DNA from: Macrostomum lignano
Lineage: Eukaryota
Direction of reading: 5' to 3'
Length of the DNA: 64,000 bases
Assembly (NCBI GenBank): GCA_002269645.1
Contig: NIVC01000374.1
Span: 124,001-188,000 of the forward strand
A model generated the notes under the pieces. That model worked only from the letters and a program-made list of their open reading frames with translations, had not been told where the DNA came from and made no database searches. The position numbers and the translations under genes are program-made. Positions 12,582 through 25,882 of the stretch are shown here, piece after piece. Positions within the stretch are counted from its first letter, which is position 1, and every line of letters starts with the position of its first letter.

Positions 12582-15262
12582 ATGGAGAATGACTACTCTG
12601 ATGCCTGGCGACCAAAACGGCGCCACTATGCGCGCGAGAAACCGGCGGCGCGTTCCGCCCCGGCGCCAGTCAATCATCCACTTAAAAGTCGCTTCATTGC
12701 GTCAGTTGCAACCGCGGATGCTGGGCTGCCCAGCTCTGTTGATGAAGCTCGAGTAGACTCGAATTCGAAGCAACCTAGCACCGTGCCAAAGCAGCAACAG
12801 CAGCAGCAGCAAAAACAGCCGGCTGCAGAATTTGTCGATCCGCTATCGGCGATGAGCGATCCGCTTAGCGCCATGCTTGGCGCCGGCGCCCCAGATCCCC
12901 TTGGCGCCAGCAAGTCTTCTTCATCCGGCCCCTCTGCAGCAGCAGCTGGATCAGCGAAAGCTATATCAAAATCGCCCAATACTACTATTAATAGCCTATC
13001 AGATATGGAGCCTTGGGATGTGCGGAAATCCGCTATATTGGCTAAATATACAACTACAGCTAAGCTGACTCTGGTTAGCAGCTATTTGGCGCCATCGTCT
13101 TTGTCAGCGTCGTCGTCTGGCGCTACTGGCGCCTCGTCGACCGCTTCGGCCGCGGCTGCAGCGGCGCAGAGCTCCTCAACCAGCCTGTCGGATAAGGTGG
13201 GATTTCCTCTCATGCATGTCTCTTCTCTCTCATAAATGTACCTATCATATCTGTCTCTTCTCTCATACCTGTCTCTCATACCTGTCTACATCTCACACCT
13301 GTCTCCCTCCCATACCTGTCTCCCTCTCTCCTGTCTCCCTCTCATACCTGTCTCCCTCTCTCCTGTCTCCCTCTCATACCTGTCTCCCTCTCATACCTGT
13401 CTCCCTCTCATACCTGTCTCCCTCTCTAACCTGTCTCCCTCTCATACCTGTCTCCCTCTCTCCTGTCTCCCTCTCATACCTGTCTCCCTCTCTAACCTGT
13501 CTCCCTCTCATACCTGTCTCCCTCTCATACCTGTCTCCCTCTCTCCTGTCTCCCTCTCATACCTGTCTCCCTCACTTACCTGTCTCCCTCTCTCCTGTCT
13601 CCCTCTCATACCTGTCTCCCTCTCATACCTGTCTCCCTCTCATACCTGTCTCCCTCTCTCCTGTCTCCCTCTCATACCTGTCTTCCTCTCATACCTGTCT
13701 CCCTCTCTCCTGTCTCCCTCTCTAACCTGTCTCCCTCTCATACCTGTCTCCCTCTCTCCTGTCTCCCTCTCTCCTGTCTCCCTCTCTCCTGTCTCCCTCT
13801 CATACCTGTCTCCCTCTCATACCTGTCTCCCTCTCATACCTGTCTCCCTCTCATACCTGTCTCCCTCTCATACCTGTCTCCCTCTCTCCTGTCTCCCTCT
13901 CATACCTGTCTCCCTCTCATACCTGTCTCCCTCTCTCCTGTCTCCCTCTCATACTTATCTCTCTTCTACCTGTCTTTCTCTCTCATACCTCTGTGTCCCT
14001 GTCTTACCTGTCTGCTCTTCCTCATCCGCGCTTCACCCCACCGCACCTGATATGCAGGTAAAGAGCCGTCTTGAGCAGCTAGACGAGCTGGCCGAAGACA
14101 CCAGCTCCAAGGAGGTGCTGAGTTTAAGCCAGGCCGATTTCGCCGCAAAAGTTGACGAATTAACTCGTGCCCTGCGCCGCGCCTGGGACGAAGATCAACG
14201 AGTTCGCGCACTCAAACTCGTCATCCAGTGCGTGAAGTTGCTCGGAGACTCAACACCAGCCTCTTATTATCCTAGCAAGTTTGTTCTGCTCACGGATCTG
14301 TTAGATACCTTTGGCAATTTGGTGTTCGATCGGTTGGCGGAAAAGGTATGCGCGGTTTTTAATTCCAACTGGTAGTTCTGGGGGGAATCATGGTTCTTAT
14401 TTTGACGGAATTTGGCAATCCTTTTCCTTAAATACAGAGTCAATTGGCATCTCAGCAACTCCCCATTGTGGGCCAATTGGCATCTCAGCAACTCCCCCCC
14501 ATTGAGCCAATTGGCATCTCAGCAACTCCCCATTGAGCCAATTGGCATCTCAGCAACTCCCCATTGAGCCAATTGGCATCTCAGCAACTCCCCATTGAGC
14601 CAATTGGCATCTCAGCAACTTCCCATTGAGCCAATTGGCATCTCAGCAACTCCCCCCCATTGAGCCAATTGGCATCTCAGCAACTCCCCATTGAGCCAAT
14701 TGGCATCTCAGCAACTCCCCATTGAGCCAATTGGCATCTCAGCAACTCCCCTATGGAGAATTAACACGAATGTACTGTAACTGACAACTTTAACGGCAGT
14801 CAAATTATGAGTACGCATATAGTACTTTAAGTAGCATAGCTTAGTGATTACTTGTAGTGAATATTCTTAACTACTGAAATATGAAATACGCAGGCCAGCG
14901 GTGGCGGCAAGCTGCGCCCGGATTTCCGATCCAATTCCGTGCCAGAAGGCGCCAAAGAGACGGCCAAGAATTGGTTTTACAAAATCGCTTCGATTCGCGA
15001 GCTGCTACCCCGGCTGTACGTTGAAGCTGCACTGCTGCCCTGCTATCGGTTTGTTGACGATCGATTGATTGGCCCGGCTATCGGCCGGCTGGGCGGTATG
15101 TGCCGCGGCATCGGCAATCAGACTGTGGCCGCTTACGCCCGCTGCTACCTGGCTAGGTAAATTTAGTAGTAGTAGTAACAGTAGTAGTATTAGTAGTAGT
15201 AGTAGTATTAGTAGTAGTAGTAACAGTAGTAGTATAAGTAGTAGTAGTATAAGTAGTAGTAT

Positions 15263-15301
<39 letters not shown>

Positions 15302-15379
15302 CAGTAGTAGTAGTAGTATTAGTAGTAGTAGTAGTATTAGTAGTAGTAGTAACAGTAGTAGTATAAGTAGTAGTAGTAT

Positions 15380-15436
<57 letters not shown>

Positions 15437-15514
15437 CAGTAGTAGTAGTAGTATTAGTAGTAGTAGTAGTATTAGTAGTAGTAGTAACAGTAGTAGTATA
15501 AGTAGTAGTAGTAT

Positions 15515-15578
<64 letters not shown>

Positions 15579-18500
15579 TATAGTAGTAGTAATAACAGCA
15601 GTAGTAATAATAATAGTAGTAGTAGTAGTGATCTACTGATGTGCATCAATACGTACTCGCATTGACTCCTCTTTTTCTCTCTTCCAGGCTGGGCGCAGCC
15701 ACCGGCCATCTAGAATTAAGCCACCTGACCTCCACCATTGACGACTGCAACCTTCTGTTGACTTCTCCGGCTGATCAGCTAGCTCCCTGCCTGCCCGCGC
15801 TCGACTGGCTTGTGCTGAGTCTGGCTCGACATCCCGACGCTCGCGGCGGCGATCCGCTTCGCCGGCTGCTGCTCGACGCCGAGCCCTGCCTACTCGCTGC
15901 CTGTTTGGCCGCTCTGCCGCCTGAACTCATCGCCGAAGAGTCCGTTGCTATTGGCAACGCTGTAGCTTCAGACAAGGTCTGTTTTTATAGCTTAGACTTG
16001 GAAGCTTACGCCTTGTACCGGTGTACAGTGACTGCCACCCCTCTGCCCCTTATGTACACTATCTATTCCCCAGTGTACACTGTCTCCTGCATGTATCTCT
16101 ACCCCACTGTACACTGTCTGCTATCTCTACCCCTAATGCACACTGTCCATTAGCCAACCCTACCACCCCAATGTACACTGTCAATAACCAACCCCACCAC
16201 CCCAATGTACACTGTCCAATAGCCAACCCCACCACCCCAATGTACACTGTCAATAACCAACCCCACCACCCCAATGTACACTGTCCAATAGGCAACCCCA
16301 CCACCCCAATGTACACTGTCAATAACCAACCCCACCACCCCAATGTACACTGTCAATAACCAACCCCACCACCCCAATGTACACTGTCAATAACCAACCC
16401 CACCACCCCAATGTACACTGTCCAATAGGCAACCCCACCACCCCAATGTACACTGTCAATAACCAACCCCACCACCCAATGTACACTGTCCAATAGGCAA
16501 CCCCACCACCCCAATGTACACTGTCAATAACCAACCCCACCACCCCAATGTACACTGTCAATATTCAAACACCCAGGTGCCGCAGTCGTGCTGCCCAATC
16601 CTGGTCCAGCTGCTTGGCGACTCGCTGACCCAAGCCAGCGCAGTTGGCCGATTCCCAGGCGATGGCGACCGCGAATCGGCCCTGGCCCTGCTGAACAGCG
16701 CCTGGGGCGCCGTTCGGTCCGCGAATCCCCGACCGGACGAGTACATCGCCTGCGCCTCAGCCTGGGTGTCCTGGGTAGCCAAATGCCTGCAGTTGCGAGA
16801 GCTGACCACACTATTACGCGATCTAGCTGGCCAACTGTCGCCTGATCGAGCTTTCGAATCTGTCTATCCTCAACTTATCGCCTTTCTGACCAAGCTGGTA
16901 ACAACAGTTGGCAGCGCCGGTGGCGAAGATTTTGATAGATTGATCACCTCTCCGGCTTTTCTGCAGCTGTTCGATCTGTTCCAGAAGGAATCTGTTCGAG
17001 TGGAAGCTGCCTGCTGCGTGTTGGACGCTTATATGGCCTGGACTGCGGGTGAGTGGCTTTCAGTATTTCTGCTTTAATTGTGCTGTAGTAGTTTTAATTG
17101 TGCTGTAGTAGTTTAAATTGTGCTGTAGTAGTTTAAATTGTGCTGTAGTAGTTTTAATTGTGCTGTAGTAGTTTTAATTGTGCTGTAGTAGTTTTAATTG
17201 TGCTGTAGTAGCTTGAATTGTGCTGTAGTAGTTTTAATTGTGCTGTAGTAGTTTTAATTGTGCTGTAGTAGCTTGAATTGTGCTGTAGTAGCTTGAATTG
17301 TGCTGTAGTAGCTTGAATTGTGCTGTAGTAGCTTGAATTGTGGTGTAGTAGCTTAAATTGTGCTGTAGTAGCTTGAATTTTGCTGTAGTAGTTTTAATTG
17401 TGCTGTAGTAGCTTGAATTGTGCTGTAGTAGCTTGAATTGTGCTGTAAAAGCTTGAATTGTGGTGTAGTAGCTTAAATTGTGCTGTAGTAGCTTGAATTG
17501 TGCTGTAGTAGCTTGAATTGTGCTGTAGTAGCTTGAATTGTGGTGTAGTAGCTTGAATTGTGCTGTAGTAGCTTGAATTGTGCTGTAGTAGCTTGAATTG
17601 TGCTGTAGTAGCTTGAATTGTGCTGTAGTAGCTTGAATTGTGGTGTAGTAGCTTAAATTGTGCTGTAGTAGCTTGAATTGTGCTGTAGTAGCCTGAATTG
17701 TGCTGTAGTAGCTTGAATTGTGGTGTAGTAGCTTAAATTGTGCTGTAGTAGCTTGAATTGTGCTGTAGTAGCTTGAATTGTGCTGTAGTAGCTTGAATTG
17801 TGCTGTAGTAGCTTGAATTGTGGTGTAGTAGCTTAAATTGTGCTGTAGTAGCTTGAATTGTGCTGTAGTAGCTTGAATTGTGCTGTAGTAGTTTTAATTG
17901 TGCTGTAGTAGTTTTAATTGTGCTGTAGTAGCTTGAATTGTGCTGTAGTAGTTTTAATTGTGCTGTAGTAGCTTGAATTGTGGTGTAGTAGCTTAAATTG
18001 TGCTGTAGTAGCTTGAATTGTGCTGTAGTAGCTTGAATTGTGCTGTAGTAGCTTGAATTGTGGTGTAGTAGCTTAAATTGTGCTGTAGTAGCTTGAATTG
18101 TGCTGTAGTAGCCTAAATTGTGCTGTAGTAGCTTGAATTGTGCTGTAGTAGCTTGAATTGTGCTGTAGTAGCTTGAATTGTGGTGTAGTAGCTTAAATTG
18201 TGCTGTAGTAGCTTGAATTGTGCTGTAGTAGCTTAAATTGTGCTGTAGTAGCTTGAATTGTGCTGTAGTAGCTTGGATTGTGCTGTAGTAGCTTGAATTG
18301 TGCTGTAGTAGCTTGAATTGTGCTGTAGTAGCCTAAATTGTGCTGTAGTAGCTTGAATTGTGCTGTAGTAGCTTGAATTGTGCTGTAGTAGCTTGAATTG
18401 TGCTGTAGTAGCTTGAATTGTGCTGTAGTAGCTTGAATTGTGCTGTAGTAGCTTGAATTGTGCTGTAGTAGCTTGAATTGTGCTGTAGTAGCTTAAATTG

Positions 18501-21500
18501 TGCTGTAGTAGCTTGAATTGTGCTGTAGTAGCTTAAATTGTGCTGTAGTAGCTTAAATTGTGCTGTAGTAGCTTGAATTGTGCTGTAGTAGCTTGAATTG
18601 TGCTGTAGTAGTTTTAATTGTGCTGTAGTAGCTTGAATTGTGCTGTAGTAGCTTGAATTGTGCTGTAGTAGTTTTAATTGTGCTGTAGTAGCTTGAATTG
18701 TGGTGTAGTAGCCTAAATTGTGCTGTAGTAGTTTTAATTGTGCTGTAGTAGTTTTAATTGTGCTGTAGTAGTTTTAATTGTGCTGTAGTAGTTTTAATTG
18801 TGCTGTAGTAGCTTGAATTGTGCTGTAGTAGCTTACATTGTGCTGTAGTAGCTTACATTGTGCTGTAGTAGCTTACATTGTGGTGTAGTAGCTTAAATTG
18901 TGCTGTAGTAGCTTGAATTGTGCTGTAGTAGCTTGAATTGTGCTGTAGTAGCCTAAATTGTGCTGTAGTAGCTTGAATTGTGCTGTAGTAGCCTAAATTG
19001 TGCTGGAGTAGCTTGAATTGTGTTTTAGTAGCTTAAATCGGATGTAGTAGGTTAGATGATGCTGTAGTGGCTTAGATGTTGCTGTAGTGGCTTAGATGTT
19101 GCTGTAATGGCTTTAATGATGCTGTAGTGGCTTAGATGTTGCTGTAATTGCTTTATTGATGCTGTAGTGGCTTAGATGATGCTGTAGATGATGCTGTAGT
19201 GGCTTATATGTTAATACCATAATTATTATTATATACTTACTAATATCTCAACCAGGTCGTCGCCAAGACGACAGCGAGCTGGCCAGCACCGGCCTGTTCC
19301 TCTGCCGCCTGCTGCACGACAGCCTCACCGTGGTGTCTCTCGAGGACGATCGTCGGCGCTACGCCTCCCTGATCTGTGCCTTCGTGTCCAGCCTGGACTT
19401 TGGCTCTGATTTTCAACGTCAGCTGGACTTTCTAGTGGACTGTAGGGCCGCTTTTGGGCACCTGGAACCGGTGCTGGCTCACCTAATTAGGCTGGTGAAC
19501 GGCCTGGCTGCCAGGACTCTTGCCGTAGTGCACGGCCGGTGAGGACTTCGGCTCTGCAGCTGTGTCCCTATTGGCTCAGAGAAAATCAGTCCCGAACTCT
19601 GCCCTAGATCCATTCCGAACTCAACTCTAGATTTGCCCTAGATCCGCTCAAGATCCGTCCTAGATCCGCCCTAGATCCTCTCTAGATCCTCTTTAGATCC
19701 GCCCTAGATCCGCCCTAGATTCTCCCTAGATCGTCTCTAGATTCGCTTTAGATCTGCTCTAGATCCGCCCTAGATCCGCTCTAAATCCACTCTAGATCAG
19801 CTCTAGATCTAGATCCGCTCTGCTCTAGATCTGCTCTAGATCCGCTCTAGGTCTGCTCTAGATCCGCTTTAGATCATCTCTAGATCCTTTCTAGATCCGC
19901 AGTAGACCCGCTCTAGATCTGCTATAGATCCGCACTAGATCCGCTCTAGATCCGCCCTAGATCCGCCTTAGATCTGCCCTAGATCCGCCTTAGATCCAAC
20001 CTAGATCCGCCTTAGATCCAACCTAGATCCACCTTAGATCCCATATAGATCCGCCCTAGATCCGCCCTAGATCCTCTCTAGATCCGCTCTAGATCCGCCC
20101 TAGATACGCTCTAGATCCGCCCTAGATACGCTCTAGATCCACTCTAGATCCTCCCTAGATCCTTTCTATATCCGCCCTAGATCCGCCATAGATCCTCTCT
20201 AGGTCCGCTCTAGATCCGCTTTAGATCATCTCTAGATCCTCTCTAGATCCGCAGTAGACCCGCTCTAGATCTGCTATAGATCCACACTAGATCCGCTCTA
20301 GATCCGCCCTAGATCCGCCCTAGATCCGCCTTAGATCCAACCTAGATCCACCTTAGATCCCTTATAGATCCGCCCTAGATCCACTCTAGATCCGCCCTAG
20401 ATCCTCTCTAGATCCGCCCTAGATACGCTCTTGATCCACTCTAGATCCGCCCTAAATCCTCTCTAGATCCGCTCTAGATCCGCCCTAGATCCTCTCTAGA
20501 TCCGCCCTAGATCCGCTCAAGATCCGCCCTAGATCCGCCCTAGATCCTCTCTAGATCCGCTCTAGATCCGCCCTAAATACGCTCTAGATCCAGTCTAGAT
20601 CGCCCTTGATCCGCCCTAGATCCTCTCTAGATCCGCCCTAGATCCTTTCTAGATCCGCCCTAAATCCTCTCTAAATCCGCTCTAGATCCGCCCTAGATCC
20701 TCTTTAGATCAGCCCTAGATCCGCTCTAGATCCGCCCTAGATCCTCTCTAGATCGGCCCTAGATCCTCTCTAGATCCACCCTAGATCCTCTCTAGATCAG
20801 CCCTAGATCCGCTCTAGATCCGCCCTAGATCCTCTCTAGATCGGCCCTAGATCCGCCCTAGATCTGCCCTAGATCCGCTCTAGATCTGCCCTAGATGCTC
20901 TCTAGATCCTCTCTAGATCCGCCCTAGATGCTCTCTAGATCCGCCCTAGATCCGCCCTAGATCTGCCCTAGATCCGCCCTAGATCCGCTCTAGATCCGCT
21001 GTAGATCCGCCCTAGATGCTCTCTAATCCACACCACCCTAGATGCGCCCTGCAATCCGGTCTGAGTATTTTGCCCCGCGTTCCATTGCAGCCACACGGCC
21101 AGAACCTCCGCATTCACTCACGCCTGCGCCGCTTTCTCTTTTGTTACCCTGCCGTCGCTTGACGAACCGGGACTGCGCTGTCAGCTCTACTTGGAGTCAG
21201 CTCAGGTGGCCCTGCTCAATCAGTGCTATGGACAGGTAAAATTCTTATTCTTATTCTTATCTTACTAGTAGTTAGTAAGCGACTAGGTATTAATGCTTAA
21301 GTTTGTTGCTTATTGTTATTCAGATGCCCTGTTTGTGTCTGAGGTAGAAAAATGTGTCTTTAAGGTAGAAAGGTGTCTGAGGTAGAAAGGTGTCTGAGGT
21401 AGAAAGGTATGTCTACAATTTAGAAAAGTGTGTCTTTGAGGTAGAGGTAGTGTGTCTCTAAGGGCGGAAAGGTGTGTCTAATGTACAAAGGTGTGTCCTA

Positions 21501-24500
21501 GGTAGAAAGGTGTGTCTCTAAGGTAGAAAGGTGTGTCTCTAGGGTAGAAAGGTGTGTCTCCAAGGTAGAAAGGTGTCTCTAAGGTATAAATGTGTGTCTC
21601 TGTGGTAGAAAGGTGTCTGAGGTAGAAAGGTGTCTGAGGTAGAAAGGTGTCTGAGGTAGAAAGGTATGTCTACAATTTAGAAAAGTGTGTCTTTGAGGTA
21701 GAGGTAGTGTGTCTCTAAGGGCGGAAAGGTGTGTCTAATGTACAAAGGTGTGTCCTAGGTAGAAAGGTGTGTCTCCAAGGTAGAAAGGTGTCTCTAAGGT
21801 ATAAATGTGTGTCTCTGTGGTAGAAAGGTGTCTGAGGTAGAAAGGTGTCTGCGGTAGAAAGGTATGTCTACAATTTAGAAAAGTGTGTCTTTGAGGTAGA
21901 GGTAGTGTGTCTCTAAGGGCGGAAAGGTGTGTCTAATGTACAAAGGTGTGTCCTAGGTAGAAAGGTGTGGCTCCAAGGTAGAAAGGTGTGTCTCCAGGGT
22001 AGAAAGGTGTGTCTCCAAGGTAGAAATGTGTGTCTCTGTGGTAGAAAGGTCTCCAAGGTAGAAAGATGTTCCTGTGGTAGAAAAGTGTGTCTCCAAGGTA
22101 GAATGGTGTGTCTCCAAGGTAGAAAGGTGTGTCTCTAATGTAGAAAGGTGTGTCTCCAAGGTAGAAAGGTGTGTCTCCAAGGTAGAATGGTGTGTCTCCA
22201 AGGTAGAATGGTGTGTCTCCAAGGTAGAATGGTGTGTCTCCAAGGTAGAAATGTGTGTCTCCAAGGTAGAATGGTGTGTCTCCAAGGTAGAAATGTGTGT
22301 CTCCAAGGTAGAAAGGTGTGTCTCCAAGGTAGAAATGTGTGTCTCCAAGGTAGAAAGGTGTGTCTCCAAGGTAGAAATGTGTGTCTCCAAGGTAGAAAGG
22401 TGTCTCTAAAGTAGAAATGTGTGTCTCGAAGGTAGAAAGGTGTGTCTCCAAGGTAGAATGGTGTGTCTCCAAGGTAGAAAGGTGTCTCTAAAGTAGAAAG
22501 GTGTGTCTAAAGTAGAAAGGTGTCTCCAAGGTAGAAAGGTTTGTCTCTAAGGTAGAAAGGTGTGTCTCCAAGGTAGACAGGTGTGTCTCCAAGGTAGAAA
22601 GGTGTCTCTAAAGTAGAAAGGTGTCTAAAGTAGAAAGGTGTGTCTCCAAGGTGGAATGGTGTGTCTCCAAGGTAGAAAGGTGTCTCTAAAGTAGAAAGGT
22701 GTGTCTAAACTAGAAAGGTGTCTCCAAGGTAGAAAGGTGTGTCTCTAAGGTAGAAAGGTGTGTCTCCAAGGTAGACAGATTTGTCTCTAAGGTAGAAAGG
22801 TGTGTCTCCAAGGTAGACAGGTGTGTCTCCAAGGTAGAATGGTGTGTCTCCAAGGTAGAATGGTGTCTCCAAGGTAGCATGGTGTGCCTTTAAGGTAGAA
22901 AAATGCCTTTATGACTTATGCATTAAAGCCATTATATACTGAAAAGTGTGAAAGTGAAATGCTCATGATTTTTTCGCAGGCGGACGCTTTGTTAAAAGAA
23001 GCAATCCGGCTTCTGCTGCAGCTGTTGGCTAAGCCTCATCAACAGTTGCAGCAGCCGCTGCCACCCCAGCTGCATCCGCTGCTGTCATCGCTAGTACTAT
23101 TCCCTGACGATCCTGACTCAAAGCAGCCGCTGACCCTGCTCACCGGCCTGGTCAACGGCTTGTGCGCTTCACCGCCTCCGGTTGGTGACGAGCCAACGGT
23201 TGCCATGCCAACTAGCAACGGCTTGGCTGAATCGGCTCAGCAGCAATCGATTGCGTCCAGGCGACCGGAGTGTATCGTGCCGGTGCTGGTTACTATAGCA
23301 ACAATGTCGCAGGATAAATATCCCTATAGGGTTGAAGGAGTGTCTGGTGAGCTTTGACCTGCCGTCATTAAATTTGATAGTTTTATAATTAAAATATCTG
23401 AGATGGTTAGCAGCCGTTGAGCCGATTGGCATCTCAGCAACTCCCCATTGTGAGCCAATTGGCATCTCAGCAACTTCCCCATTGTGGGCCGATTGGCATC
23501 TCAGCAACTCCCCCATTGTGAGCCAATTGGCATCTCAGCAACTCCCCATTGTGGGCCGATTGGCATCTCAGCAACTCCCCCATTGTGAGCCAATTGGCAT
23601 CTCAGCAACTCCCCATTGTGGGCCGATTGGCATCTCAGCAACTCCCCATTGAGCTCCCCACAAAACCAGTTGAATTTGTGCTACTCAGTTTAGCCAATCA
23701 AAAAAGGGCAAAGCCTCAGATATCTGGTCGTTGCTACTTGAATCAGTAGGCACATTAGCCTGTTTTTTTGCCTTGGCTTGAGATTCTTTTATCGGATGGT
23801 TATCGTTTCGGATTATCTTACGGAATTCGCAGCTCCAAAATGCCAGATTGGCTTTGAACGTTGAGCAGGGAAAAGCTTCTTTCTGCTATTGTAACTGGAG
23901 TGCAAAGGTTTCATGCTGGAGTCTTGTAACAAAAGTGGGAGAAATGCTTGCTTACACAGCACTGGGTTCGACTGTTGCTTCGGAAATTGTTAAGGACTCC
24001 ATCCTAGTATATGCTGCTCAAATACGAGTTCATTGTGTATTCACCAGCTTCTTGGAGCTCTCGTGTTGTCGTTCTCTCAGGCTGCAGCAGATTTCAATTT
24101 TAAACAATGCCTACAAGGTGCATTTACATCTGCTCATGAATCTTGTTGACAATTTAAATATCAATTTAGGCTATTTATATTTATGTGCCCGCATAGTTTA
24201 CTGTTCTCTGTTATTAAACATTATGCACTTCTTTGAAGCTCAGATTCCAGATCAATAATGCCACCCCTGGTTTGGGGATCAAGTCACTCGGGAATCCAGG
24301 CACACAGGGATCAAGTCACTCGGGTATTAACCCACCCAGGGATCAAGTCACTCGGGTATTAACCCACCCAGGGATCAAGTTACTCGGTTATCAAGTCACT
24401 CAGGGATCAATTCACTCGGGAATCCAGGCACACGGGGATCAAGTCACTCGGGGATCAAGTCACACAGGAGGCGGAGGCGACAGGGATCAAATGTCACACA

Positions 24501-25867
24501 GGGATCAAGTCACATAGGGATCAAGTCAATCGGGGATCAAGTCACTTAGGGATCAATCACTCGGGGATCAAGTCACTCGGGGATCAAGTCACACAGGAGG
24601 CGGAGGCGACAGGGATCAAATGTCACACAGGGATCAAGTCACATAGGGATCAAGTCAATCGGGGATCAAGTCACTTAGGGATCAATCACTCGGGGATCAA
24701 GTCACTCGGGGATCAAGTCACTCGGGGATCAAGTCACTCGGGGATCAAGTCACTCGGGGATCAAGTCACTCGGGGATCAAGTCACTCAGGGATCAAGTCA
24801 CTCGGGGATCAAGTCACTCGGGGATCAAGTCACTCGGGGATCAATCACTCGGGAATCAAATCACTCGGGCATCAAATCACTCGGGGATCAAGTCACTCGG
24901 GGATCAAGTCACTCAGGGATCAATCACTCCGGGATCAAGTCACTCGGGGATCAAGTCACTCGGGGATCAAGTCACTCAGGGATCAAGTCACTCGGGGATC
25001 AAGTCACTCGGGGATCAAGTCACTCAGGGATCAATCACTCGGGGATCAAGTCACTCGGGGATCAAGTCACTCGGGGATCAAGTCACTCAGGAATCAAATC
25101 ACTCGGGGATCAAATCACTCGGGGATCAAATCACTCGGGGATCAAGTCACTCGGGGATCAAGTCACTCGGGGATCAAGTCACTCGGGGATCAAGTCACTC
25201 GGGATCAAGTCACTCGGGGATCAAGTCACTCGGGGATCAAATCACTCGGGATCAAGTCACTCGGGGATCAAGTCACTCGGGGATCAAGTCACACAGGGAT
25301 CAAGTCACTCGGAAATCCAGGCACACGGGGATCAAGTCAGTCGGAAATCAAGTCACTCGGGCATGAAGTCACTCGGGGATCAAGTCAGTCGGAAATCAAG
25401 TCACTCGGGCATGAAGTCACTCGGGGATCAAGTGGCCCAGCAGCATTAAGACTAAATCGTAAAGTTGAAAACGGTTACGCCCTATTTTTTCCGCAGCCAA
25501 CGATGTTCTGCTAGCTGGCAGCCAGAAGGCCAAATCCCATTTGGCAGACCTGTCAGGGCAGCTCATGCGACACCTGTTGATTGAGCTCGACAACCTGGCG
25601 ACAGCGCCAACTGGTCAGCAGGCGCAGCAACAGCATCAGCGCCGACGATTGCGCGATCTTCGACTTGGCCTACTGTGCGGCCTCGCCGATCATTGCGACT
25701 TGACGGCGCCAGACACTGCCGCCCTGTTTGGCCAGCTGTGGCAACTGACAGCCGCGTCGATTGACGGAGGCGGCGATGTACAGCAGGCGAGAGCCACGCT
25801 AGCCCAGCTTCGGGATCGGGCCGCGGAGTGGCCGGAGGTGGCGGCCGCGATTCGGGCAACAGAGTAA
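12582..25867 (+). CDS. VPS35L: VPS35 endosomal protein sorting factor-like (C16orf62; Retriever/Commander subunit), 1030 aa. Exons 12582-13196, 14058-14345, 14894-15156, 15688-15976, 16577-17048, 19256-19538, 21091-21235, 22980-23346, 25497-25867
   Basis: All 8 introns are GT-AG with matching phases (0,0,2,0,1,2,0,1); spliced length 3093 nt = 1030 aa + stop. Recognisable motifs from memory of the human protein: AWRPKRRHY/NHPLK N-terminus, DPLS repeats, EPWDVRKSAILAKYTTT, YYPSKFVLLTDLLDTFG, KETAKNWFYKIASIRELLPRLYVEA, PDRAFESVYPQL, LFQKESVRVE, DFGSDFQRQL, QVALLNQC, SANDVL. Confidence 0.96.
13255..13990 (+). repeat. 15-17 bp minisatellite (ATACCTGTCTCCCTCTC), VPS35L intron 1
   Basis: Directly visible. 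Confidence 0.95.
14441..14751 (+). repeat. 31-33 bp minisatellite (GAGCCAATTGGCATCTCAGCAACTCCCCATT), VPS35L intron 2
   Basis: About 10 copies, with palindromic core GCCAATTGGC. Confidence 0.95.
15165..15630 (+). repeat. (AGT)n microsatellite, VPS35L intron 3
   Basis: Directly visible; source of the poly-Ser pseudo-ORF. Confidence 0.97.
16020..16560 (+). repeat. 33-34 bp minisatellite (CCAATGTACACTGTCAATAACCAACCCCACCAC), VPS35L intron 4
   Basis: Directly visible; degenerate at the 5' end. Confidence 0.93.
17075..19205 (+). repeat. 20 bp minisatellite (AATTGTGCTGTAGTAGCTTG), about 100 copies, VPS35L intron 5
   Basis: Exact 20 bp register held for ~1.9 kb, with a degenerate tail. Confidence 0.97.
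19595..21042 (+). repeat. 11 bp minisatellite (CTAGATCCGCC), VPS35L intron 6
   Basis: Directly visible. Confidence 0.95.
21340..22880 (+). repeat. ~21 bp minisatellite (AAGGTAGAAAGGTGTGTCTCC), VPS35L intron 7
   Basis: Directly visible, with higher-order duplicated blocks in the 5' third. Confidence 0.95.
23416..23652 (+). repeat. 33 bp minisatellite of the same family as the intron-2 array, VPS35L intron 8
   Basis: Units (G/A)GCC(A/G)ATTGGCATCTCAGCAACTCCCCATTGTG. Confidence 0.93.
24275..25432 (+). repeat. 16-17 bp minisatellite (GGGGATCAAGTCACTC), VPS35L intron 8
   Basis: Directly visible. Confidence 0.95.
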
Positions 25868-25882
25868 CTTTTGGGATGTAGG

